The notes: generated by a model from the sequence alone, not told the origin. DNA of 64,000 nucleotides from Escherichia coli (GCF_003334405.1 NZ_QOWM01000008.1), one strand, 5' to 3'; numbered from the stretch's first letter, positions 1 to 11,605 are shown. Numbers and translations: made by a program.

Positions 1-1553
1 ACTGGGATGAAAGTGATGTCGTGTTAATTACCTATGCCGATCAATTTCACAGCAATGATTTAAAACCATTACCCACATTTAATCAGTTTTACCATCAATG
101 GCTGCAAAGCATTTTTTCACATGTTCATTTGTTGCCGTTTTATCCATGGTCATCTGATGATGGCTTTTCGGTAATTGATTATCATCAGGTCGCCAGTGAA
201 GCGGGGGAGTGGCAGGATATTCAGCAACTCGGTGAATGCAGTCATTTAATGTTTGATTTTGTCTGCAACCATATGTCGGCAAAAAGTGAATGGTTTAAAA
301 ACTATTTACAACAGCATCCAGGTTTTGAAGATTTTTTTATTGCCGTTGACCCGCAAACCGATCTCAGCGCCGTCACTCGCCCGCGTGCGTTACCGTTATT
401 AACGCCATTCCAGATGCGCGATCATTCAACGCGCCATTTATGGACCACCTTTAGTGACGATCAAATTGACCTGAATTACCGTAGCCCTGAAGTGTTGCTG
501 GCGATGGTGGATGTTTTACTCTGTTACCTTGCGAAAGGTGCTGAGTATGTCCGCCTGGATGCCGTTGGCTTTATGTGGAAAGAGCCGGGAACAAGCTGCA
601 TCCATCTGGAAAAAACACATCTGATTATCAAACTGTTACGGTCGATTATTGATAACGTTGCGCCAGGTACAGTGATCATTACCGAGACCAATGTTCCGCA
701 TAAAGACAACATTGCTTACTTTGGCGCAGGCGATGACGAAGCACATATGGTGTACCAGTTCTCGCTGCCGCCACTGGTGCTGCATGCGGTGCAAAAACAG
801 AACGTTGAGGCGCTTTGTGCGTGGGCGCAAAACCTGACACTACCTTCCAGCAACACCACCTGGTTTAACTTCCTCGCCTCTCACGATGGCATCGGGCTAA
901 ACCCGCTACGGGGCTTGTTGCCTGAAAGCGAAATATTAGAGCTGGTCGAGGCGTTACAGCAGGAAGGTGCATTAGTAAACTGGAAAAATAATCCCGACGG
1001 TACACGCAGTCCGTATGAAATAAATGTGACCTATATGGATGCGTTAAGCCGCCGTGAGAGTAGCGATGAAGAACGTTGCGCCAGGTTTATCCTTGCCCAT
1101 GCGATTTTGTTAAGTTTCCCCGGTGTGCCAGCGATATATATTCAAAGTATTCTTGGCTCGCGTAATGATTACGCAGGTGTCGAAAAAATCGGATATAACC
1201 GTGCGATTAACCGTAAAAAATATCACAGTAAAGAGATAACCCGAGAACTGAACGATGAAGCTACATTAAGGCATGCGGTATATCATGAGTTGTCGCGTTT
1301 AATTACACTTCGTCGCAGCCATAACGAGTTTCATCCGGATAATAATTTTACCATTGATACGATTAATTCATCCGTAATGCGTATTCAAAGAAGTAACGCT
1401 GATGGTAATTGTCTGACTGGATTGTTTAATGTCAGTAAAAATATTCAGCATGTAAATATTACTAATCTGCATGGTCGGGATCTGATTAGTGAAGTTGATA
1501 TATTGGGTAATGAAATAACGCTGCGCCCCTGGCAGGTTATGTGGATTAAATAA
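1..1553 (+). CDS. ycjM: Sucrose-phosphorylase-family (GH13) enzyme, glucosylglycerate phosphorylase; 5' end lies outside the window
   Basis: Frame is open from position 1 to the stop at 1553; translation recognised as E. coli YcjM; first gene of the ycj cluster. Confidence 0.85.
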   Translation, partial: WDESDVVLITYADQFHSNDLKPLPTFNQFYHQWLQSIFSHVHLLPFYPWSSDDGFSVIDYHQVASEAGEWQDIQQLGECSHLMFDFVCNHMSAKSEWFKNYLQQHPGFEDFFIAVDPQTDLSAVTRPRALPLLTPFQMRDHSTRHLWTTFSDDQIDLNYRSPEVLLAMVDVLLCYLAKGAEYVRLDAVGFMWKEPGTSCIHLEKTHLIIKLLRSIIDNVAPGTVIITETNVPHKDNIAYFGAGDDEAHMVYQFSLPPLVLHAVQKQNVEALCAWAQNLTLPSSNTTWFNFLASHDGIGLNPLRGLLPESEILELVEALQQEGALVNWKNNPDGTRSPYEINVTYMDALSRRESSDEERCARFILAHAILLSFPGVPAIYIQSILGSRNDYAGVEKIGYNRAINRKKYHSKEITRELNDEATLRHAVYHELSRLITLRRSHNEFHPDNNFTIDTINSSVMRIQRSNADGNCLTGLFNVSKNIQHVNITNLHGRDLISEVDILGNEITLRPWQVMWIK

Positions 1554-1566
1554 AAAGGAACATCTC

Positions 1567-2859
1567 ATGATTAAATCAAAAATCGTGCTGTTATCAGCAC
1601 TGGTTTCATGCGCCCTGATTTCAGGCTGTAAAGAAGAAAATAAAACGAATGTATCCATCGAATTTATGCATTCTTCGGTGGAGCAGGAGCGCCAGGCCGT
1701 TATCAGTAAATTGATTGCCCGTTTTGAAAAAGAAAACCCTGGCATCACCGTTAAGCAAGTGCCCGTGGAAGAAGATGCCTATAACACTAAAGTCATTACT
1801 CTTTCACGTAGCGGTTCGCTGCCGGAAGTGATCGAAACCAGCCATGACTACGCCAAAGTGATGGACAAAGAGCAGCTTATCGATCGCAAAGCGGTTGCCA
1901 CAGTCATCAGCAACGTTGGTGAAGGCGCGTTTTACGATGGCGTACTGCGTATTGTGCGTACCGAAGATGGTAGCGCATGGACCGGTGTTCCTGTCAGCGC
2001 CTGGATTGGCGGTATCTGGTATCGCAAAGATGTGCTGGCAAAAGCGGGGCTTGAGGAGCCGAAAAACTGGCAACAGCTGCTGGACGTTGCACAGAAACTG
2101 AATGACCCGGCGAATAAAAAATACGGCATTGCGCTGCCTACAGCAGAAAGCGTGTTGACGGAACAATCCTTCTCCCAGTTTGCGTTATCCAACCAGGCTA
2201 ACGTCTTTAACGCCGAAGGCAAAATCACCCTTGATACACCAGAGATGATGCAGGCACTGACCTATTACCGCGACCTTGCTGCCAACACTATGCCGGGTTC
2301 TAACGACATCATGGAAGTGAAAGACGCCTTTATGAACGGCACCGCGCCGATGGCGATTTACTCCACCTATATCCTTCCGGCTGTGATTAAAGAAGGCGAC
2401 CCGAAAAACGTCGGTTTCGTGGTGCCAACCGAGAAAAACTCTGCGGTCTACGGCATGTTGACCTCGCTGACCATTACCGCCGGGCAAAAGACCGAAGAGA
2501 CGGAAGCAGCAGAAAAATTTGTCACCTTTATGGAGCAGGCAGACAACATTGCCGACTGGGTGATGATGTCGCCAGGTGCTGCGCTGCCGGTGAATAAAGC
2601 GGTGGTGACTACCGCCACCTGGAAAGACAACGACGTTATTAAGGCGCTGGGTGAACTACCGAATCAGCTAATCGGTGAACTGCCAAATATTCAGGTTTTT
2701 GGCGCAGTAGGGGATAAAAACTTTACCCGCATGGGTGATGTGACGGGTTCTGGCGTGGTGAGTTCAATGGTGCATAACGTCACCGTGGGTAAAGCCGATC
2801 TCTCTACTACGCTGCAAGCGAGCCAGAAAAAACTGGATGAACTGATCGAACAGCACTAA
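1567..2859 (+). CDS. ycjN: ABC transporter periplasmic sugar-binding protein
   Basis: 430-aa ORF with N-terminal signal peptide and lipobox-like LISGC; sits directly after ycjM. Confidence 0.85.
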   Translation: MIKSKIVLLSALVSCALISGCKEENKTNVSIEFMHSSVEQERQAVISKLIARFEKENPGITVKQVPVEEDAYNTKVITLSRSGSLPEVIETSHDYAKVMDKEQLIDRKAVATVISNVGEGAFYDGVLRIVRTEDGSAWTGVPVSAWIGGIWYRKDVLAKAGLEEPKNWQQLLDVAQKLNDPANKKYGIALPTAESVLTEQSFSQFALSNQANVFNAEGKITLDTPEMMQALTYYRDLAANTMPGSNDIMEVKDAFMNGTAPMAIYSTYILPAVIKEGDPKNVGFVVPTEKNSAVYGMLTSLTITAGQKTEETEAAEKFVTFMEQADNIADWVMMSPGAALPVNKAVVTTATWKDNDVIKALGELPNQLIGELPNIQVFGAVGDKNFTRMGDVTGSGVVSSMVHNVTVGKADLSTTLQASQKKLDELIEQH

Positions 2860-2879
2860 ACCCAGGACAGGAATCCGCA

Positions 2880-3761
2880 ATGAACAGGCTTTTTTCAGGT
2901 CGTTCCGATATGCCCTTTGCGCTGCTGCTTCTCGCGCCCAGCTTATTACTGCTGGGCGGTCTGGTGGCGTGGCCGATGGTGTCGAATATCGAAATCAGTT
3001 TTTTACGTCTGCCGCTCAATCCCAACATCGAGTCAACGTTTGTTGGGGTGAGCAACTATGTGCGTATCCTCTCCGATCCCGGCTTCTGGCATTCGCTGTG
3101 GATGACGGTCTGGTATACCGCGCTGGTGGTGGCGGGCAGCACCGTGCTCGGGCTGGCGGTGGCGATGTTTTTCAACCGCGAGTTCCGCCTGCGCAAAACC
3201 GCGCGTTCGCTGGTGATCCTCTCCTACGTAACGCCGTCCATTTCGCTGGTGTTCGCCTGGAAATACATGTTCAACAACGGCTACGGCATTGTTAACTACC
3301 TCGGCGTCGATCTTCTGCATCTCTATGAGCAGGCACCGCTGTGGTTCGATAATCCGGGCAGTAGCTTTGTGCTGGTGGTGCTGTTCGCCATCTGGCGCTA
3401 CTTCCCGTATGCCTTTATCTCGTTTCTGGCGATTTTGCAGACCATCGACAAATCGCTGTACGAAGCGGCAGAGATGGATGGCGCTAATGCCTGGCAACGG
3501 TTTCGTATCGTCACGCTGCCCGCAATTATGCCGGTCCTGGCGACGGTGGTGACACTGCGCACCATCTGGATGTTCTACATGTTCGCGGATGTTTATTTGC
3601 TGACGACCAAGGTCGATATTCTCGGTGTATATCTCTACAAAACCGCCTTTGCCTTTAATGATTTAGGAAAAGCGGCGGCGATCTCGGTGGTGCTCTTCAT
3701 CATTATTTTCGCTGTCATTCTGCTGACCAGGAAACGGGTGAACCTCAATGGCAACAAATAA
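2880..3761 (+). CDS. ycjO: ABC transporter permease
   Basis: 293-aa multi-helix hydrophobic protein of the MalF/UgpA type; overlaps the next permease gene. Confidence 0.85.
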   Translation: MNRLFSGRSDMPFALLLLAPSLLLLGGLVAWPMVSNIEISFLRLPLNPNIESTFVGVSNYVRILSDPGFWHSLWMTVWYTALVVAGSTVLGLAVAMFFNREFRLRKTARSLVILSYVTPSISLVFAWKYMFNNGYGIVNYLGVDLLHLYEQAPLWFDNPGSSFVLVVLFAIWRYFPYAFISFLAILQTIDKSLYEAAEMDGANAWQRFRIVTLPAIMPVLATVVTLRTIWMFYMFADVYLLTTKVDILGVYLYKTAFAFNDLGKAAAISVVLFIIIFAVILLTRKRVNLNGNK

Positions 3762-4590
3762 ACGCACACTCAGTCGCATCGGTTTTTACTGCGAGCTGGC
3801 GCTGTTTCTCATCATCACGCTGTTTCCATTTTTTGTGATGCTGATGACCTCGTTCAAGGGCGCGAAAGAGGCGATCTCACTGCATCCTACGCTGCTGCCG
3901 CAGCAGTGGACGCTGGAGCATTACGTCGACATTTTTAACCCGATGATTTTCCCGTTTGTCGACTACTTCCGTAACAGTCTGGTGGTGTCTGTGGTTTCAT
4001 CCGTGGTGGCGGTATTCCTCGGCATTCTTGGGGCTTACGCGCTTTCCCGCCTGCGCTTTAAAGGTCGGATGACCATCAACGCCAGCTTTTACACGGTGTA
4101 TATGTTCTCTGGCATTTTGCTGGTGGTGCCGCTTTTCAAAATCATCACCGCGCTTGGCATTTACGACACTGAGATGGCGCTGATCATCACCATGGTGACG
4201 CAAACTCTGCCCACCGCCGTGTTTATGCTGAAAAGCTACTTCGACACCATCCCCGATGAGATCGAAGAAGCGGCGATGATGGATGGCCTCAACCGTCTGC
4301 AAATTATCTTCCGCATCACCGTGCCGTTGGCGATGTCCGGGCTGATATCCGTGTTCGTCTACTGCTTTATGGTGGCGTGGAACGACTATCTGTTTGCGTC
4401 GATTTTCCTCTCCAGCGCCAGCAATTTCACCTTACCGGTGGGCCTGAACGCGCTGTTCAGTACGCCAGATTACATCTGGGGACGGATGATGGCGGCCTCA
4501 CTGGTGACCGCATTGCCGGTGGTGATTATGTATGCGCTTTCGGAACGTTTTATTAAGAGTGGTTTGACCGCCGGTGGCGTGAAGGGCTAA
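3748..4590 (+). CDS. ycjP: ABC transporter permease
   Basis: 280-aa hydrophobic protein of the MalG/UgpE type; start overlaps the ycjO stop. Confidence 0.85.
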   Translation: MATNKRTLSRIGFYCELALFLIITLFPFFVMLMTSFKGAKEAISLHPTLLPQQWTLEHYVDIFNPMIFPFVDYFRNSLVVSVVSSVVAVFLGILGAYALSRLRFKGRMTINASFYTVYMFSGILLVVPLFKIITALGIYDTEMALIITMVTQTLPTAVFMLKSYFDTIPDEIEEAAMMDGLNRLQIIFRITVPLAMSGLISVFVYCFMVAWNDYLFASIFLSSASNFTLPVGLNALFSTPDYIWGRMMAASLVTALPVVIMYALSERFIKSGLTAGGVKG

Positions 4591-4620
4591 AGCGGCCAGT
4601 TTCTTTACAAGGAGTTTTAA

Positions 4621-5673
4621 ATGAAAAAGTTAGTAGCCACAGCACCGCGTGTTGCTGCGCTGGTTGAGTATGAAGATCGGGCGATTTTAGCTAATGAAGT
4701 GAAGATCCGCGTGCGTTTCGGCGCACCGAAACACGGAACGGAAGTGGTCGACTTCCGCGCCGCCAGCCCGTTTATTGATGAAGACTTTAACGGCGAATGG
4801 CAGATGTTCACTCCGCGTCCGGCAGATGCGCCGCGCGGCATTGAGTTTGGCAAATTCCAGCTTGGCAACATGGTGGTTGGCGACATTATCGAGTGCGGCA
4901 GCGACGTTACCGACTACGCGGTGGGCGACAGCGTATGCGGCTACGGCCCGCTCTCCGAGACGGTCATCATTAACGCAGTGAATAACTACAAGCTGCGCAA
5001 AATGCCGCAAGGCAGCTCCTGGAAAAACGCCGTCTGCTACGACCCGGCGCAGTTTGCCATGAGCGGCGTGCGCGATGCCAACGTGCGCGTAGGGGATTTT
5101 GTGGTGGTGGTAGGGCTTGGCGCAATCGGTCAAATTGCCATCCAACTGGCTAAACGCGCTGGCGCTTCTGTGGTGATTGGCGTCGATCCTATCGCCCATC
5201 GCTGTGATATTGCCCGTCGCCACGGCGCGGATTTCTGCCTTAACCCCATCGGCACTGATGTAGGTAAAGAGATCAAAACGCTGACCGGCAAGCAGGGTGC
5301 CGATGTGATTATCGAAACCAGCGGCTACGCCGACGCGCTGCAATCGGCGCTCCGCGGTCTGGCTTATGGCGGCACCATCTCCTATGTCGCGTTTGCCAAG
5401 CCGTTTGCCGAAGGTTTTAACCTCGGACGCGAAGCGCATTTCAATAACGCCAAAATTGTCTTCTCTCGCGCGTGCAGCGAACCGAACCCGGATTATCCGC
5501 GCTGGAGCCGCAAGCGTATTGAAGAAACCTGTTGGGAACTGCTGATGAACGGTTATCTCAATTGCGAAGATTTAATCGACCCGGTGGTGACCTTTGCCAA
5601 TAGCCCGGAAAGCTATATGCAGTATGTCGACCAGCATCCGGAACAGAGCATCAAAATGGGCGTTACGTTTTAA
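4621..5673 (+). CDS. ycjQ: Zn-dependent sugar dehydrogenase (MDR family)
   Basis: 350-aa ORF with a Rossmann GLGAIG motif; SD sequence AAGGAG upstream. Confidence 0.8.
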   Translation: MKKLVATAPRVAALVEYEDRAILANEVKIRVRFGAPKHGTEVVDFRAASPFIDEDFNGEWQMFTPRPADAPRGIEFGKFQLGNMVVGDIIECGSDVTDYAVGDSVCGYGPLSETVIINAVNNYKLRKMPQGSSWKNAVCYDPAQFAMSGVRDANVRVGDFVVVVGLGAIGQIAIQLAKRAGASVVIGVDPIAHRCDIARRHGADFCLNPIGTDVGKEIKTLTGKQGADVIIETSGYADALQSALRGLAYGGTISYVAFAKPFAEGFNLGREAHFNNAKIVFSRACSEPNPDYPRWSRKRIEETCWELLMNGYLNCEDLIDPVVTFANSPESYMQYVDQHPEQSIKMGVTF

Positions 5674-5691
5674 TTCAAAGGAATGAAAAAA

Positions 5692-6480
5692 ATGAAAATC
5701 GGCACACAGAATCAGGCGTTCTTTCCGGAAAACATTCTGGAGAAATTTCGTTATATCAAAGAGATGGGCTTCGATGGTTTTGAGATTGACGGCAAACTGC
5801 TGGTTAACAACATCGAAGAAGTCAAAGCGGCGATCAAAGAAACCGGTTTACCGGTGACCACCGCCTGCGGTGGCTATGACGGATGGATTGGCGACTTTAT
5901 CGAAGAGCGTCGTCTTAATGGCTTAAAGCAGATCGAGCGCATTCTCGAAGCGCTGGCAGAAGTGGGCGGTAAAGGCATCGTCGTTCCGGCTGCGTGGGGC
6001 ATGTTTACCTTCCGCTTACCGCCGATGACCTCGCCGCGTAGCCTGGACGGCGACCGCAAAATGGTGAGTGATTCCCTGCGCGTACTGGAACAGGTCGCCG
6101 CGCGTACCGGAACCGTGGTGTATCTCGAACCGTTAAACCGCTATCAGGATCATATGATCAACACCCTCGCCGATGCCCGCCGTTACATCGTCGAAAACGA
6201 TCTTAAACATGTACAGATTATCGGCGATTTCTATCACATGAATATCGAAGAAGATAACCTGGCGCAGGCGCTGCATGACAACCGCGACCTGCTCGGTCAT
6301 GTGCATATTGCGGATAACCATCGCTACCAGCCGGGCAGCGGCACCCTGGATTTCCACGCGCTGTTTGAACAGCTGCGCGCGGATAACTATCAGGGCTATG
6401 TAGTGTACGAAGGGCGTATCCGGGCGGAAGATCCTGCCCAGGCGTACCGTGATTCGTTGGCCTGGTTGCGTACCTGCTAA
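5692..6480 (+). CDS. ycjR: Sugar epimerase/isomerase, xylose-isomerase-like TIM barrel
   Basis: ORF 5683-6480; start placed at MKIGTQNQ by recollection of YcjR. Confidence 0.8.
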   Translation: MKIGTQNQAFFPENILEKFRYIKEMGFDGFEIDGKLLVNNIEEVKAAIKETGLPVTTACGGYDGWIGDFIEERRLNGLKQIERILEALAEVGGKGIVVPAAWGMFTFRLPPMTSPRSLDGDRKMVSDSLRVLEQVAARTGTVVYLEPLNRYQDHMINTLADARRYIVENDLKHVQIIGDFYHMNIEEDNLAQALHDNRDLLGHVHIADNHRYQPGSGTLDFHALFEQLRADNYQGYVVYEGRIRAEDPAQAYRDSLAWLRTC

Positions 6481-6489
6481 GAGGTCTTT

Positions 6490-7545
6490 GTGAAAAGTGC
6501 AATGACAAGCTCTCCGCTGCGGGTCGCGATAATAGGCGCAGGCCAGGTGGCGGATAAGGTTCATGCTTCGTACTACTGCACCCGCAACGATCTGGAACTG
6601 GTGGCTGTCTGTGACAGCCGCCTTTCCCAGGCGCAGGCGCTGGCAGAAAAATACGGGAATGCATCCGTGTGGGACGATCCGCAGGCCATGCTGCTGGCGG
6701 TGAAACCTGATGTGGTTAGCGTCTGCTCACCTAACCGTTTTCATTACGAACATACCCTGATGGCACTGGAAGCGGGCTGCCATGTGATGTGCGAAAAACC
6801 GCCCGCCATGACGCCAGAACAGGCGCGGGAAATGTGCGATACCGCGCGCAAACTGGGCAAGGTGCTGGCCTACGACTTTCACCATCGTTTTGCGCTCGAT
6901 ACGCAACAGCTGCGTGAACAGGTGACCAACGGCGTTTTGGGAGAGATTTACGTTACCACCGCCCGCGCCCTGCGTCGCTGCGGCGTTCCCGGCTGGGGTG
7001 TCTTTACCAATAAAGAACTGCAGGGTGGTGGCCCGCTGATCGACATCGGCATTCATATGCTGGATGCTGCGATGTATGTGCTGGGCTTTCCGGCGGTGAA
7101 AAGCGTGAATGCGCATAGCTTTCAAAAGATCGGCACGCAAAAGAGCTGTGGTCAATTTGGTGAGTGGGATCCGGCAACTTACAGCGTCGAAGATTCGCTG
7201 TTTGGCACCATTGAATTTCATAACGGCGGCATTCTGTGGCTGGAAACGTCATTTGCACTCAACATCCGCGAACAGTCGATTATGAACGTCAGCTTTTGTG
7301 GTGATAAAGCTGGTGCGACGCTGTTTCCAGCACATATCTACACCGATAACAACGGTGAATTAATGACGCTGATGCAACGGGAAATGGCAGACGACAACCG
7401 CCATTTGCGCAGCATGGAAGCCTTTATCAATCACGTACAGGGCAAGCCCGTGATGATAGCCGACGCCGAGCAGGGGTACATCATCCAGCAACTGGTGGCG
7501 GCGTTGTATCAATCCGCAGAAACAGGGACGCGTGTGGAATTATGA
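6490..7545 (+). CDS. ycjS: Gfo/Idh/MocA-family NAD-dependent oxidoreductase
   Basis: 351-aa ORF with N-terminal Rossmann motif IIGAGQ; GTG start. Confidence 0.8.
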   Translation: MKSAMTSSPLRVAIIGAGQVADKVHASYYCTRNDLELVAVCDSRLSQAQALAEKYGNASVWDDPQAMLLAVKPDVVSVCSPNRFHYEHTLMALEAGCHVMCEKPPAMTPEQAREMCDTARKLGKVLAYDFHHRFALDTQQLREQVTNGVLGEIYVTTARALRRCGVPGWGVFTNKELQGGGPLIDIGIHMLDAAMYVLGFPAVKSVNAHSFQKIGTQKSCGQFGEWDPATYSVEDSLFGTIEFHNGGILWLETSFALNIREQSIMNVSFCGDKAGATLFPAHIYTDNNGELMTLMQREMADDNRHLRSMEAFINHVQGKPVMIADAEQGYIIQQLVAALYQSAETGTRVEL

Positions 7546-9809
7546 CCAGGCCAGTAACGTTATCAGAACCCCATTTCAGCCAGCATACCCTGAACAAGTA
7601 TGCATCGCTGATGGCGCAGGGGAACGGCTATCTTGGGCTTCGCGCCAGCCATGAAGAAGATTACACGCGCCAGACGCGAGGGATGTATCTGGCGGGGCTG
7701 TATCATCGGGCGGGAAAAGGTGAAATCAACGAACTGGTGAACCTGCCTGATGTCGTGGGGATGGAGATTGCCATAAATGGTGAGGTTTTCTCGTTATCCC
7801 ACGAAGCCTGGCAGCGTGAGCTTGACTTTGCCAGTGGCGAATTACGCCGCAATGTTGTCTGGCGTACCAGCAACGGCTCAGGTTACACCATCGCCAGCCG
7901 TCGCTTTGTTTCGGCAGACCAACTGCCGCTCATTGCGCTGGAAATCACTATTACGCCACTGGACGCCGACGCGTCAGTGCTGATTTCAACAGGCATTGAC
8001 GCCACGCAAACCAATCACGGTCGCCAACATCTCGACGAAACCCAGGTGCGGGTGTTTGGTCAGCATCTGATGCAGGGGAGCTACACCACCCAGGATGGAC
8101 GCAGTGATGTGGCCATCAGCTGTTGCTGTAAGGTGAGCGGTGATGTGCAGCAATGCTATACCGCCAAAGAGCGCCGTTTACTGCAACATACCAGTGCGCA
8201 GCTTCATGCAGGCGAGACAATGACGTTGCAAAAACTGGTGTGGATCGACTGGCGGGATGACAGGCAAGCTGCTTTAGACGAGTGGGGCAGCGCGTCGCTT
8301 CGCCAGCTTGAAATGTGCGCGCAGCAGAGTTACGACCAACTTCTTGCAGCATCAACAGAAAACTGGCGTCAATGGTGGCAGAAACGTCGTATCACGGTAA
8401 ATGGCGGCGAAGCGCACGATCAGCAAGCGTTAGATTATGCGCTTTATCATCTGCGCATCATGACGCCTGCCCACGACGAGCGCAGCAGCATTGCGGCAAA
8501 AGGCTTAACCGGCGAAGGCTACAAAGGCCACGTTTTCTGGGATACAGAAGTATTTTTGTTACCGTTTCATCTGTTTAGCGATCCGACGGTTGCCCGAAGT
8601 TTACTGCGTTATCGCTGGCACAACTTGCCAGGCGCGCAGGAGAAAGCGCGACGCAACGGCTGGCAGGGCGCGCTATTTCCGTGGGAAAGCGCGCGCAGCG
8701 GCGAAGAAGAGACGCCGGAATTTGCCGCCATTAACATTCGCACCGGGCTGCGGCAAAAAGTGGCCTCGGCGCAGGCGGAACATCATCTGGTGGCCGATAT
8801 CGCCTGGGCGGTTATTCAATACTGGCAGACCACGGGGGATGAAAGTTTCATTGCGCATGAAGGCATGGCGCTACTTCTGGAGACGGCAAAGTTCTGGATT
8901 AGCCGCGCGGTGAGAGTTAACGATCGTCTGGAAATTCATGATGTTATTGGGCCAGACGAATATACCGAACATGTCAATAATAATGCATACACCAGCTATA
9001 TGGCCCGCTACAACGTTCAACAGGCGCTGAATATTGCCCGCCAGTTCGGCTGTAGCGACGATGCGTTTATCCATCGCGCCGAAATGTTCCTCAAAGAGCT
9101 ATGGATGCCAGAAATTCAGCCCGACGGCGTTTTGCCGCAGGATGATTCGTTTATGGCTAAGCCGGCGATTAATCTGGCGAAATACAAAGCGGCGGCGGGG
9201 AAGCAAACCATACTGCGGGATTATTCACGCGCAGAAGTGAACGAGATGCAGATCCTCAAACAAGCTGATGTGGTGATGCTCAATTACATGCTGCCGGAGC
9301 AGTTCTCAGCGGCATCGTGTCTTGCCAATCTGCAATTTTATGAACCGCGCACTATTCACGACTCGTCATTAAGTAAAGCAATCCACGGCATTGTTGCCGC
9401 ACGCTGTGGCCTGCTGACCCAAAGTTATCAGTTCTGGCGCGAGGGGACTGAAATCGATCTTGGTGCTGATCCGCATAGTTGTGATGATGGTATCCATGCT
9501 GCCGCAACTGGCGCTATCTGGCTGGGGGCGATTCAGGGTTTTGCCGGGGTGAGCGTGCGTGACGGTGAATTGCATCTCAATCCGGCGTTACCTGAGCAGT
9601 GGCAACAGTTGTCTTTCCCTCTGTTCTGGCAGGGCTGCGAATTACAGGTCACTCTTGACGCGCAGCGTATTGCGATTCGAACTTCTGCGCCCGTTTCACT
9701 GCGTTTGAACGGTCAGCTTATAACCGTGGCTGAAGAATCTGTTTTCTGTTTGGGTGATTTTATTTTGCCCTTCAATGGGACCGCTACCAAACATCAGGAG
9801 GATGAATGA
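7542..9809 (+). CDS. ycjT: GH65 kojibiose phosphorylase
   Basis: 755-aa ORF; start overlaps ycjS stop and stop overlaps ycjU start. Confidence 0.85.
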
Positions 9810-10465
9810 AACTGCAAGGGGTAATTTTCGATCTGGATGGTGTAATCACCGATACCGCGCATCTGCATTTCCAGGCGTGGCAGCAGATTGCCGCTGAAAT
9901 TGGCATCAGCATTGATGCGCAGTTTAACGAATCCCTAAAAGGGATCAGCCGCGATGAGTCTCTGCGGCGCATTCTGCAACACGGGGGCAAAGAGGGCGAC
10001 TTTAACTCGCAGGAGAGGGCGCAACTGGCGTATCGCAAAAATCTGCTCTATGTCCACTCACTACGCGAGTTGACGGTCAACGCTGTTCTACCCGGCATTC
10101 GCTCTTTGCTGGCAGATCTCCGTGCACAGCAGATCTCGGTTGGGCTGGCTTCTGTCTCCCTGAATGCGCCGACGATTTTAGCGGCGCTGGAGCTGCGCGA
10201 GTTTTTCACCTTCTGCGCGGATGCTTCCCAACTTAAAAACTCGAAACCGGACCCGGAAATCTTTCTCGCCGCCTGTGCAGGGCTGGGCGTGCCGCCGCAG
10301 GCATGTATCGGCATTGAAGATGCGCAGGCGGGCATTGACGCCATTAACGCCAGCGGTATGCGCTCGGTGGGGATCGGCGCGGGCTTAACCGGGGCGCAAT
10401 TACTGTTGCCTTCAACGGAATCACTCACCTGGCCGCGGTTATCGGCCTTCTGGCAAAACGTATAG
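9806..10465 (+). CDS. ycjU: Beta-phosphoglucomutase (HAD superfamily)
   Basis: 219-aa ORF with N-terminal HAD motif DLDGVITDT. Confidence 0.85.
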
Positions 10466-10478
10466 CAAAGGAATCAAC

Positions 10479-11561
10479 ATGGCTCAGCTTTCGTTACAAC
10501 ATATTCAAAAAATCTACGATAACCAGGTGCATGTGGTGAAGGACTTCAACCTGGAAATTGCCGATAAAGAGTTCATCGTGTTTGTCGGCCCGTCGGGCTG
10601 CGGTAAGTCGACCACCCTGCGCATGATTGCCGGGCTTGAGGAGATCAGCGGCGGCGATCTGTTGATCGACGGCAAACGAATGAATGACGTTCCAGCCAAA
10701 GCACGCAATATAGCGATGGTGTTCCAGAACTACGCGTTGTATCCGCATATGACGGTTTACGACAATATGGCGTTTGGTCTGAAGATGCAAAAAATCGCCA
10801 AAGAGGTGATTGATGAGCGGGTGAACTGGGCGGCGCAAATTCTCGGCCTGCGTGAGTACCTGAAACGTAAGCCGGAGGCGCTTTCCGGCGGGCAACGTCA
10901 GCGAGTGGCGCTTGGGCGGGCGATTGTACGCGAAGCGGGCGTGTTTTTAATGGATGAACCGCTCTCTAACCTTGATGCCAAGCTGCGCGTGCAAATGCGC
11001 GCAGAGATCAGCAAGCTGCATCAGAAACTGAACACCACCATGATCTACGTGACCCACGATCAGACCGAAGCGATGACCATGGCGACGCGGATTGTGATTA
11101 TGAAAGACGGGATTGTTCAGCAAGTAGGTGCGCCGAAAACCGTTTATAACCAACCCGCGAATATGTTTGTTTCCGGATTTATTGGATCACCAGCGATGAA
11201 TTTTATTCGCGGCACGATCGATGGCGATAAATTCGTTACGGAAACGCTTAAATTAACCATTCCCGAAGAGAAATTAGCGGTTCTGAAAACACAGGAAAGT
11301 TTGCATAAGCCCATCGTGATGGGAATACGACCGGAAGATATTCATCCGGACGCGCAAGAGGAAAATAACATTTCCGCCAAAATTAGCGTGGCAGAATTAA
11401 CCGGTGCGGAATTTATGCTCTACACCACGGTTGGGGGGCACGAGTTAGTGGTCCGTGCTGGTGCGTTAAATGATTATCATGCAGGAGAAAATATCACTAT
11501 TCATTTTGATATGACGAAATGTCATTTCTTTGATGCAGAAACGGAAATAGCAATTCGCTAA
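10479..11561 (+). CDS. ycjV: ABC transporter ATP-binding protein (MalK-like), intact
   Basis: 360-aa ORF with Walker A GPSGCGKST, signature LSGGQRQR and Walker B FLMDEP. Confidence 0.85.
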   Translation: MAQLSLQHIQKIYDNQVHVVKDFNLEIADKEFIVFVGPSGCGKSTTLRMIAGLEEISGGDLLIDGKRMNDVPAKARNIAMVFQNYALYPHMTVYDNMAFGLKMQKIAKEVIDERVNWAAQILGLREYLKRKPEALSGGQRQRVALGRAIVREAGVFLMDEPLSNLDAKLRVQMRAEISKLHQKLNTTMIYVTHDQTEAMTMATRIVIMKDGIVQQVGAPKTVYNQPANMFVSGFIGSPAMNFIRGTIDGDKFVTETLKLTIPEEKLAVLKTQESLHKPIVMGIRPEDIHPDAQEENNISAKISVAELTGAEFMLYTTVGGHELVVRAGALNDYHAGENITIHFDMTKCHFFDAETEIAIR

Positions 11562-11605
11562 ATACAGGGGGAAGGCATTCCCCCAGGATAATACAAGGAA
11601 CAATA

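Noticed and set aside
6133-7258. Minus-strand ORFs of 84-164 aa across ycjR and ycjS
   Set aside because: Antisense to coupled operon genes with strong coding signal on the plus strand; GC-rich shadow frames.
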